Assembly (NCBI RefSeq): GCF_000150275.1
Contig: NW_002060944.1
Span: 8,456,159-8,520,158, forward strand
Source of the DNA: Trichoplax adhaerens
Lineage: Eukaryota; Animalia; Placozoa
Direction of reading: 5' to 3'
DNA: 64,000 bases
The notes below the pieces were generated by a model. That model was not told the origin of the DNA and ran no database searches. It worked only from the letters and a program-made list of their open reading frames with translations. The translations under genes were made by a program, and so were the position numbers. Positions within the stretch are counted from its first letter, which is position 1; every line of letters starts with the position of its first letter. Of this stretch, positions 10,901 to 22,900 are shown piece after piece.

Positions 10901-13900
10901 ATGGGATTCAAAAATGGTCATACAGATTGTTTTAGTGCCTATCGACATTCTTGTCCACAATGCAAATTCAAATGGACAAGTTCATTTAGCGCTTGGTTAT
11001 GTTGATTCTCATTTGATGGCAGTCAATATTGATTCAAATTGGGATAGGCAAAATGCCTACTGGCTAGGCGCAACACTATTTACAGTCGATTCTTTCTAGT
11101 GATCGTTCCACTCCTCAATCGAAGTTTAGATTGCCTTCGATATCGATTGAAAGTGTAATCTTAGTTAGACGTGGATTAGACCAGAGTCGATTCTTTCTAG
11201 TAACCATTCCACTCCTCAATCGAAGTTTGGATTGCCTTCGATATCGATTGAAAGTGTAATCTTAGTTAGACGTGGATTAGATCAGAGTCGATTCTTTCTA
11301 GTAACCATTCCACTCCTCAATCGAAGTTTGGATTGCCTTCGATATCGATTAAAAGTGTAATCTTAGACGTGGATTACATTACTGTACAGTCGATTGGTTC
11401 TAGTAATCATTCCACTCCTTAATCGAAGTTTAGATTGCCTTCGATGTCGATGGAAAGTGTAATCTTAGACGCGGATTAGATTACAACATTCACTGACTAG
11501 ATAGGGAGGGCATCATGGAGAGTTGATTTAGCCATTGGTTGTATCCATCATTCTAGTCGTCATTTTATTGCAGTCAATATTGATTCAAAATTGGAATCTT
11601 AAGCGCTATTAAAGCACAATGTTATTGCAATCAATCTTGATTCAAATTGTTGTCATGTTGGACCCAATGGAGGAGCGATTGGTTATATTGATCATTTAGT
11701 CAAGTTATTGGGCAATCCATCTTGATTGCTTGATTACCCAATTTAGTGTCGATTGAGCGATTGGTTATGTTGATCATTGGCCGAGTTGGATAGCAATCAA
11801 TATGGATTGCAAGGGAGGGTAATATGGCCATCATGGACAGTTCATTTGGCGACGATTGGTTATGTTGATCATGAGCCATCTTGGATGGCAATCAATATGG
11901 ATTGCAATTGTCATATTGACATGCAGTAGATTGGGGGGGGGGGGGGAAAAAAAGGCATTGACCAGTAGAACATAAGCTATGCAAGATCAAGTATAAAAAT
12001 CTTCAAGTCCCAGGATAAAATGCCAATTCTAATGACATTCTACGATCATTTGTCCTTGATGATGCTAATTGCTTTCTTATTGTCAGTAATGACTGGACGA
12101 TAGGGTAGGGATGGATAGTGTTATTGTACTCCATGATTGCTTGAAAGCATGGAAGGAAAAAAACAAGGAAATGAAACATGCCACAAATGGATAATCAAAT
12201 TGCACTGCAATGGATTTATCGGATATCCAGAGTACCATGGATGATGATGGCTTGCCAAAGTTTTGATAGTTTTTATTTTGGGCAAACGGATTTTGAAAAT
12301 TGGCGAGAGGGAGGCTCTTTTAAAGCTACTAATGAGTATGCTGTGCATCCTTTTCTGTCCTACATCAATAACAGTAGATCCAATATCAGTCTTGGATTGC
12401 ACTGTTTAAAGCTCTCCCATTGGAGAAGATGGTTTTGCTTTTTGAGTAAGCAGTAAAACGATATGGAATAGCCCATTCTAGTAGATGAGCAAAATACATG
12501 CATTGAAAATGAATCCAATATTGTGAATTGGCTTCTCCCTATCAAGGCAATGGACGATTGGATCCATATGGGTAGTCATGGAGGGATAGAGAAAAGCCAA
12601 TCCAGTTGATCCTGTTTATTTGTGCATCCGATTGATTTCTTAGTCCTATCTTTGTACGCCCATTTCATTTCGTCCACCTTGTTCAAGCGTTCTTCCTTGG
12701 ATATCATCATACAGTATCATGGATCAATTAGACCATATTGCTGACCGCTTTCCTGCTGTTACGATCCCAGTTTAGACTAGCATAAAAAAAAAAATCAGCC
12801 AACATTGAAATTGGAAAAAATGCACACGCAATAATCCATTCTCTTCCATCTTACACCATGTGGTGGACATTGTCGTTTTGAAACATGGCAATGCTTGGAC
12901 ATGCTTTAATAACACTACTCATAGCGTCTCCATTAGACTACATAAACCACTTTGATAGCAAGTTCAATCCAAGATGGCTGTATTCGATAGTTGACGAAGT
13001 AGGGAAAAGAAGCCAAGGTTGCCTAAACTCATTCTTCATTGGATACAGTGATATCGATTTCACTGGCTCCATGATAGTCATAGTCCAGACAAGAGAATTA
13101 CTCTATTGGAAGAATGTTGCAGAGCACTAGTGCTGCTCTACCATGCTTCTTTTGCATGGTGATATCGATTTCGTTTTATCAACCATATGGATAGGAAAGA
13201 AACGATACTTGCAATGGCTTCTTCTTCTTCTTCTTCTTTTGCACTGCGACATTGATAGCCAGTCGTGTAAAAAGAGAGTTGTATTGGAAGAATAGTGGCG
13301 GTGTTAGGGGAGTAAAGCTAGCGGCTGCCTTTTCTCATAGGGATGCTAGGATATCGATAATGTTGATCGCTTTAATGGAAGACTATTTTGCTACTAGGGA
13401 AATGGGGCCCCATCGCTATTTTACTCCTTTTTCTGTTGATACCATAATATCCATATTGACTCTATCCACAAGGGTGGATAGATCTAGTGTGGCGCTAGGG
13501 AAAAAGAAACCATGGCTACCCTGTTCACTCTTTTACTTTCTACCCAGTTTCTATCCACTTTACGTCAAGGAGAATTGCCAGACACTACTAATAAAAAGAA
13601 AATGCCTTGCAAGAATGGTGTAGTAAGCTATGCCTGCCTTACTCATTCTTCTTTCAATCTCCATTTTTGGAGGATACTACAAGAAGGGATTGTTGTATTG
13701 GGAGAGATAGATGAATACTAGCAAGAGGAAGCTATGGCTGCTTTACTTAATTTTCGTTGCACGAATGGACTGCTATATCCTATCCATTTTGCTATGTCAA
13801 CGATAGCCTTACTGCGTCTTTGCACGACCATATTACCCTACGACATCCATTTTGACTACATCAAACACTCTTGATAGTTTAAGATGAGGTTACTGTTGGA

Positions 13901-16900
13901 GAAAAAGAAGCCCATCACGACTTTGCTTATTTATCTCTTCATGTTTTTTTTGGAAAGGGGGGAGCGAGAAGGTACTATCATTATAATGAATCTCCATTTG
14001 GACTACATCAACAACGATATATCGAGTTGAAGACGAGTTAGGTATCAGAGAAAAAAAAACTACTTCTTCGTATTCTTTTCTCGCTAGACTATGCTATCCA
14101 TTTTTGACTACGTTAACAAAGTGGATAGCATAAGTTGAAGACGAGTTTGGCGCTAGGGGGATAAAAAGAGGCCTTTTTATCCTCTTTTTTTCCTATCATG
14201 TTATAGCAACCATCAACTTGAAGAGGTAGCAACAGAGTAATCGTTGTCTACACTGTTCAATTGACCATTTCTCAATGAATCATTGATCAGGATAGGATAG
14301 AGTAATGAAAAATCATCTAAAATGGCCAGAAGACAAAGAAATGCATCTACCTATAGTAAATTCTTCATCTTAACCAAGTCAATCGATGGCAGTTTGATAT
14401 AGATGGATAGGCTTATTATTGATGTAGTAAGATGGAAAATGAACTGGAGAATAGAAATGAATCAATCCATGGATAGTTATAGTTAGGAACATCTATTGAT
14501 GCTAGTGACAATTAGATCTGTTATGATTTTTCAATCAACATTTATCCAACTAGACTAGACAAGGGGAATAGCAATGGAGATGGAGATGATATTCAAGTAG
14601 GTATCAAAAATCAATTTTATCCTTGTAATAGACAAGAGCAATGATGTCGATACTAGTCGAGAAAGGAGAGGCAATGGATAGAGAATACCATGGATTGAAT
14701 GGAGATGACTTAACGTCCAGACATTGAACATCATTAATTTATAATCAATAGGAAGACAACTCCCAAGCCTCCATATTTGATTCATGACAGTGGGCTAGTC
14801 TGGATACTATTTCACAGTAATTCTATCAATTATTCAATAGGAATAGAATGCAACACTGTTGAAAGGTGTTCTTCAACGCCATGACTTTGTTATGTTGAAT
14901 GATGTAGTCAATAAGGGAAGACAGTAGAAATTGATACATTAATTGCTTAAGGAAAATACTATAAAGGCAATGCTTGCAAATGGCAATTTGACTTGTGGAT
15001 ACGTTGCTTATGCCAATGTCGATGCAACTTGCAACGGTGGAAGTAATGGACAATGTTATTAATATGAGATTCCAAAAGGGAAACAACATCCATGAGTTTC
15101 TCCTTGCCAATGTTGTCACTTGCTAGAAGTAGATGCAATTTCATGTTAGGATGATATTATTCATCAATCGCTACCAATGCATTGCAAAAAGCAATTAACA
15201 TCCATGAGTTTCTCCTTGCCAATGTTGTCACTTGCTAGAAGTAGATGCAATTTCATATTAGGATGATATTATTCATCAATCGCTACCAATGCATTGCAAA
15301 AAGCAATTAACATCCATGAGTTTCTCCTTGCCAATGTTGTCACTTGCTAGAAGTAGATGCAATTTCATATTAGGATGATATTATTCATCAATCACTACCA
15401 ATGCATTGCAAAAAGCAATTAATATCCATGGGTTTCTCCTTGACGATAGCGTCCCTTGCTAGACTAGACCCAGCTTAAAATGGTCATCAACCACCACGAG
15501 TAAGTTTAAAAAGGTAATTTATATGGATAAGGAGAGACCCAGTTGACACGAATCTTTCATCAGCATAGACTACTTGACCATCAACTACTATAAATTAGAA
15601 AGGGAATTTAGTCATAATAGCGATAAGTTCTTCTTTGCTATCGTCGTAACTTGGTAGTGTAGACTCGGTTGGCAATGATGATCAGCTTGGACTACTTGAT
15701 CATCCAAAACGATAAATTTGAACAGGAAATTCACTAAATAGAGCATCCAAAACGATAAATTACAAAAGGAAATTGGCTAAAATACATCATCCAAAACGAT
15801 AAATTACAAAAGGAAATTCGTCAAAATAGAGCATCCAAAACGATAAATTTGAACAGGAAATTGGCTAAAATAGAGCATCCAAAACGATAAATTACAAAAG
15901 GAAATTCGCCAAAATACATCATCCAAAACGATAAATTACTAAAGGAAATTGGCTAAAATAGTGATCAGTAGCCAGCGCGGTAGCTTACTAGAGTGGAACT
16001 AGCTTAGAAGGATAATCGACATAGACTACGTAAAATGGATTAGCTACTCCTTGCCACTGCTGTAGCTTGATCATATCGGTCAATTTGACGATGATGATAA
16101 ACTTGCATTACTTGATCACTAACAATAATCGATTAGCAAGGAAAGAATTTGCACTTCCATATTTCCATATTTGCCATCGCTGTAGCTTCGTTTCAAAGGA
16201 GTAATAATAATCAATCATCGTAGTGAATCAATAATCGTAGGATATAGTCTTCTCTCCTTTTATTCCTGATTCAATCTTACTTGTTGTTTATGAAATTCTC
16301 CTTCTTACCCATGTTATGACTAATCATTTTGGGGTATGAATCATTTTATCATCCTTGACTGAGATCATTCTCTGATCGTTTTATCCTGGATTCTAATTCT
16401 ATTTTACTACTGCTATTAGAAATTCTCTTTCTAATCGACAACGATTGAGAATCAAGTATAGCAGTTTAATACCCATTAGACTATACATTACGGATGATGA
16501 GAGGAATAATCCTTTTGCAGTCGTTTTATTCCTAATTCCAATTCCGTTTTCATCATTTGTTTGTTTGTTTATTGAATTCTCTTTCTAATCAAACGTTGTT
16601 CATAGTCATGTATTCTACATTAAATAGCCATTGGAAGGGTATACTATTGCAATAGTCATGGGAAATAATCTCAGGATCATCTGCTATCGTTTTATTGCTG
16701 ATTTAAACTCCATTTTTTGACTACATCGTGATCGATTTCCTTTTCTAATCAACGTCCAGTTTCTGATAGACCGGTATACAAAGTTCATATGCCAATTTGA
16801 CTAATACTCTATTATCAAGTATCAGGGATAACTTGACGACTCAATAATCATAATAATGATAATCTTATCCAAATTGACCATCATATACTTTCAATACTTC

Positions 16901-19900
16901 AAAAAAAGAACCTTGTATACAAAAAATGAGTTTTACTTCCTATACTATTGACATTAGATAGACAAATGATGTTAACTCCGGATCTGAATACAATTGCTAC
17001 AATATTTAAAACTACCTCTCCAATGTTTACTCCGATTTGAATGCATTATTATCTGTCTCTAAACTATGTTGATGTATGTATAAAATAGTGCAAGAAAAAT
17101 AATTTCAAATATGATGACTGCAAATGAGTCAATTCATGTATTCTAATGGAGATAGGAAGATTCATGTAATAAAACTGGCATAACATAAAATCAATCCATC
17201 TTCCTTTGCACATGCAATAAGTGATATACAGTATTGTATGCTAGAAATGGAGCTGCCATAATGATTTATCTTCAAAGATTGCATGGATCTATTTGGATTA
17301 CTAGTGGATACTTTTATACGTATGACTATTCTACTTGATCAATCATGGACTTGAATAATTTATTCATTTCAATTATACTTTTACACTATTTTGTCGTTAG
17401 AATCTATTTTTTTCTCCCGCTACAGCTGTCTCAACAATAATCTACTATTCTACTCTCTTGACTCTTTCTATGACTGGTTGAGTAATTAAAATAGAAAAAT
17501 TCTCTTGTTTAATTTGATACCATCAATAGAATATGAATCATTTTTATTCTCCTTTTTACTTGCCTACTCTGTTTGGATGAACAATTGTATTATTTCATTA
17601 ATTGACTATTTAGCCAAGAATGATCATTCTATTGATTATTTCTAGCTTAGTGGTTCACAGAAATCGTGAGTATTTTCAATCAACCTTGGTCTAAAAGTTT
17701 ATCTTTTGACTTTATCCAAGGGTTTCCTATTCTTACCTATTCATTATCAATGACTCATGATCTACTATTGATATTAGTACGACATCAAGATAGGCCAAAA
17801 TCGGTGTCGCATCTTATCCAATTTGCAACTAAAAATTTCATATGGAAAGGATCCTGTAATAGACGAATAACTGCCATACGAGTAGCTTACGGTTGGATAC
17901 TACATCTTGAAATAGTGCTACTTTCGTGCTATACGTACATATAGCGTCGTATAGCTTGATAGTGGAGGATAAATTGAGCTCAATTTTTATTGCTTGCTGC
18001 TAATATTCCATCGGCTTACGATGGTATAATATTAAAATTGACCATGTGCCCCTTTATCTAAACCGACAGAGAGACTTACAGTGTTCTAGCAAAGAGTTAT
18101 TGATTCCTTTTTTAGTAATTGTCCAATTCCATTTTTATCCTTGATTACCTTGTTATCTAAAAGCGACAGAGAGACTTATCATGTTACAGCAAGAGTTATT
18201 GATTCCTTTTCTAATAATTGTCAAATTCCATTTTTATCCTTGATCGTGGTGTAATGTGGCATATCTTGAGCTATAGTCTAACTTACATGACTACAACACG
18301 CGTAAATACTTGTGCTTGTACTTATTATGGACAACAATTTTCCAATATGGTTGCAATAAAATACCGTGTATGTCCTATGCGATATGTGGAAACAGGAGTA
18401 TATAATTCGATTTGAACCAGTAAGAATTGACTTTCCATCTAACCATACCAAGGCTATTTTTTGGCTGTAATGGTTGATTGTAATTGGTGTTGCCTTAAAT
18501 TCGACGTTTGTACCGTAGTTAGAATAATTTAGTATTCATTTATATTGTTGGATGTTGGCAATGAGCATAAAGTATAATTTATTATGTGTAGTCATAATCG
18601 AGCGTATAGGTTAGGCTCTGGCTCAGACTGCAAAATAAACTATTTAGTTGTTACACTTGATAGAAAGACTTTCTCTATTCCTCAATTTGGCAATTGCTAC
18701 CCATACTGTCTATTGTACGAATGTTTACGATCAGTTTCTCTCTCTCTATATACTGCAATATGACAGTAATCTTGGCTATTATAATAACTGAAGTGTTTTC
18801 GTATTACAAAATGACTTTCTAATCCTTTTTCATCGCTTCTTATACAGTTAGTTGACAATAATATAGTACGAACATCAAACAAATTTTTCAATAAAGGACA
18901 AAATAATATGGTATGCTAAGATGTCGGACAATATATTAGGATATAGTACACTGATAGAGTAACAATTACTTTTTACCACAATAAGAGTTCAAGAGGTAGA
19001 TGGATAATCCATTACTCGTAAAACTGCTTTTCCTAATAACATCTTAATTCAGTTATGGTTCAAGTAGAGTATACATACGCGTAAATGATGTTATATCGAT
19101 TGAAATTTTATATCCTGTGACAAAAATTATTCGTTTTGAACTACCTAAAACCGTGTTGTCCTAGAACTTAATGCATAATCTGCTGTCACTGAAATGACTT
19201 GATTCTCTAATATCTTCGTTTTTGAATTGGTAACGAAAAGTGGATTTACAAGCGAAGGAGTAAACACAATTGAAGCATTTTTAACAACAATGTGAACAGA
19301 CTATGTTATACCTACTCTAAATTATCGGTTTGGTATTGGATCCTATTAACATATTGAAACATAATTAAAACGCTTTTACAAGAGAGTGAAATAGTAGTTC
19401 ATTGAAGGCATTAATTAATCTATTATTGGTATCCACAGCGGCTTACAGTACCACATTAACGTGTAGACTAATACTTATAGAGTAAACTACCTATACCTAT
19501 AAAGTGTAAAGTAATTCATGATGTTATTAGCCAAGTACGTTAACCGCTATATTGCTTACCTGAACATAAATATCTTGATAGTGATTACTTAAATAGACTC
19601 GTATAGATCGAAGAAGAATATTTCGGAACGACAATTACAATCATTTTAGGTCTTCCCTACTACATTATTACGAGTACAATTATTTTTCCTCACTTCCTGT
19701 TATTTGGATTATATAACTATCTAATCTTTCTCACTAATATCATCTGGATTATAATTATATACAGATCATGCATTTGCAATAACTTTCATGAAATTGTAAC
19801 TATAAAATTGTAATCACCGTTTTTAGATGCTAGGAAAAATGTTAAAGACGTTCTGCAAGATTTTAGGTCATCATCGCAAGAGGTTGCAGAACGATTGGCT

Positions 19901-22900
19901 CCCAATAAGGTAATGCTACACTCTGTAATGAAAAACGTCAAGTTGTAAATTTCATTGTGGCTTTTTAATACAATATCTTCACATTTTTGAACGATACTGC
20001 TGCTGATGTTATCAAGTAACATAGTATAGTGATATGTGACGTAACTGAAATATTGATCTTATAAAATATCATTGATACTAACTTTTGTAATAATCTCTTA
20101 ATGTCTAGCCAATGTTATATGAAGATTTTGAAGCATTTTTAATCACTTTTCTGGAATGTGATCTATCAACCTCCCAGTTGCCTAAGCAAATGTACTTGGC
20201 ACTGCAACGCACACATAAACCTCCTCTATCTCTCAGTAGGAAAAATTCTATCACTCCTGCCCCGTCGAATAGGTTCGATTAAGAATACAATACCGAGTAT
20301 ACAGTATTTATTTAAATAGTGTGATGATATAACGTATCTATATGATACATCATACCTAATTAGTCGTGTATATATTGAATTTTTATAATAAATAGTAGTT
20401 TAAAATTGATCATCTTTTAATTTCATACTATTACTATTAAGGCAATCTCAGCTATTATCTTCTCCTTCAACGCCAAATATGGCTAATTATAATCATCGAA
20501 GAGATGACCAAAATGCTATAAATGCTTCGGTTACATCAACAGGTAGTGAAATACAATCAGCAACTTCTGGTGCAAATTCTGGGTAAGGATTCGTGTCGTT
20601 GTTTCTTGATGGGGACAAAATTATAATGTGTTACTTTGAAACATTAAAAATATAAAACACTTTATTGAGCGCAGTATCTAACATCAATCATGATATTATT
20701 ATGATTACTTAACTTAATAGAACTTTGAACAATTATGAGCAATACTCGAATAATAAGGACCTAACCAAAAGGAATAGTCATAACCAAAATGCAAGAGATA
20801 CTCCAGTTTCCACTAAAAACAACTCATCTGTAAAATCCGTAACTATCTCAGCTAAGGGCGATCGTAAAGTAAATAACTGGAAATATTGCGCATAATCATT
20901 ACATCATACCTATTGGTATTTTTGTTAATATTGTATTAATTTACATCAACCCTGGTATTATGAATATCTAGCAGTTAGAGGACGAAGCAATCTTACCTTC
21001 AGTTGCTGAAGTAATGTGCTATTTATCGTTGCTCAAGGCTGGTTCGCCTAGTGACAAGCTAGAGTGTAAGTAATGTAAATTATGCATTGAATACATGCTA
21101 CCATGTAAACGTTGCAATAATACCATTGTAAAATATAAATTGCTCTAAGAAATCGCTACTAAACACTCCTCTTTTTCATGTATAGTTATGTTCCGTCTAT
21201 ATGATTGTGATAACAGTGACTACTTAGAAACACATGTAAGTCTGTTAAGATTCATAAATATTATAGCTTTTAATATCGTATGATTATATTGCTGCCAGTT
21301 ATAACATAGTGCTATCGATTCATTTTACGTTATACATTTCGTAGGAGCTGGATAACATAGTCCAGCAAATGTTGTTAGTAGGACGATATTTAGGATGGGA
21401 TGTTTCAGAACTTGAACCAGTAAGATCTATTTATTACTTATTGTTGAATCTTGTATTATTCATTATACTTTCCGTAACGCTTTGATTATTGCCGTACTAC
21501 TATTCCTTTAGATACTGGAAGACATGTTACAAGAACTGGATTGCAATAACGATAAGAAAATTTCTCTTGATGAATGGATTAAAGGCGGTAGTAATAATAT
21601 CCCATTACTAGTACTACTTGGAATTGATACGGTAAATTATGTTTCCATACTGAGAAATAGCTTTTATTTCCGTATACATATGATATCATTAGCACAATTG
21701 AACACTTTTTGTCTAATTTTATTAATCTTGATATGAGAAACAATGATTTATAATATTATCTACATATTACAGCAAGTACGGGAAAACTGTCAGCACCAGG
21801 TTAGAAGTTGATAAATATCTAGTATAATAATTGAAAAGTCCATACGCAAATTAACTATTGTTGAACGCTTAAGAGTCTTACCTATACTATCTATATTGAT
21901 TTATCTATTTTATGTTCTTGGTAGTGGCGTTGGAAGAAATTTCGAAAGCCCGCTTTTTGTAACTTCTGTTTGGGTATGTTATTAGGATTAGGAAAGCAAG
22001 GATTGACTTGTTCATGTAAGTTATACAATAAAAGTTTACCTTTTGTAAATCAATCTATTTACTTTTCAAGGAAATAATAAGATTTGTAAGAAAATTACTT
22101 ATCTAAATCCATCGCTTGTATTAGCAAGGTACTATTATAATAAGTTACATTATTTTTTGCTTCTCAGTCTGTAAATTTACCGTACATGAAAGATGCGTTC
22201 AGAAAGCTCCCACTTCTTGTGTTAACACTTACGTTAAATCAAGCCGAGCAGTACATGTAAGTTCGATGTGGGAAGTAATAACTATTTTTTAAAAATTTTA
22301 CAAATGCTATCATGACTATTTTTAACAAATTCTATAAATTGTTATTGTAGCAAAAATTGGAGCATCATTGGGTAGTTGGAAATTGTCCTGGTAAATGTGA
22401 TCGCTGCCAAAAGTCGATAAAAAGTTATAAAAGGCTTACAGGAGTTCGATGTGCATGGTGTCATTTAACTGTAGGCAACTTCATTAATATCTTAATAATT
22501 TCACTCACATGCAATGTATCTTTGTAGCGCAAAAATATGAATTAAATTCTCAAGTTACGTGAAAATCTGTGACGACGTCATAAAATTTATACTTTTATAG
22601 CTGCATGATAAATGTTTAAGTGGTATTACTGTTGAATGCGATCTCGGAAAACATAAAAATTTGATTTTGCCGCCTACCGCTATTTGTCCGAAAGTTCTGG
22701 TTCGTTCTTAAATTCATCGCACTATTAAATAAGTTAACAATGTCATTATCGTAATTATTACATTTACACACTGCATATGTATCATTTCTTGTAAAGGAAA
22801 GGCATCGTAGTGTTGGTGATTCTCCACCGCCGACTAATTCTTCTCATATGGACGGATTAGATATGCAGGTACTCATTTTATCGGCCGATATTTTATTTTT

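Larger units (their letters stand above)
8038..19826 (+). other. DGK intron 1, 11.8 kb
   Basis: GTAAGT donor at 8038 and ttttAG acceptor ending 19826. The phases match (t+at = Tyr) and restore the type I DGK N-terminal motif. Confidence 0.85.

Noticed and set aside
12868-12890. Homeobox WFQNR-like remnant on the minus strand
   Set aside because: Needs multiple edits and has no flanking homeodomain residues; chance match.
8168-15144. Polinton/viral remnant in DGK intron 1 (PLDYINHFD resembling a pPolB motif, IFTGP resembling an ATPase start)
   Set aside because: The matches are only a few residues, no Walker A follows, and the PxDY-like motif belongs to a local DNA repeat. A translated HMM search would be needed to revive this.
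19691-19699. ETS site CACTTCCTG in DGK intron 1
   Set aside because: A single short motif is expected by chance in 64 kb.
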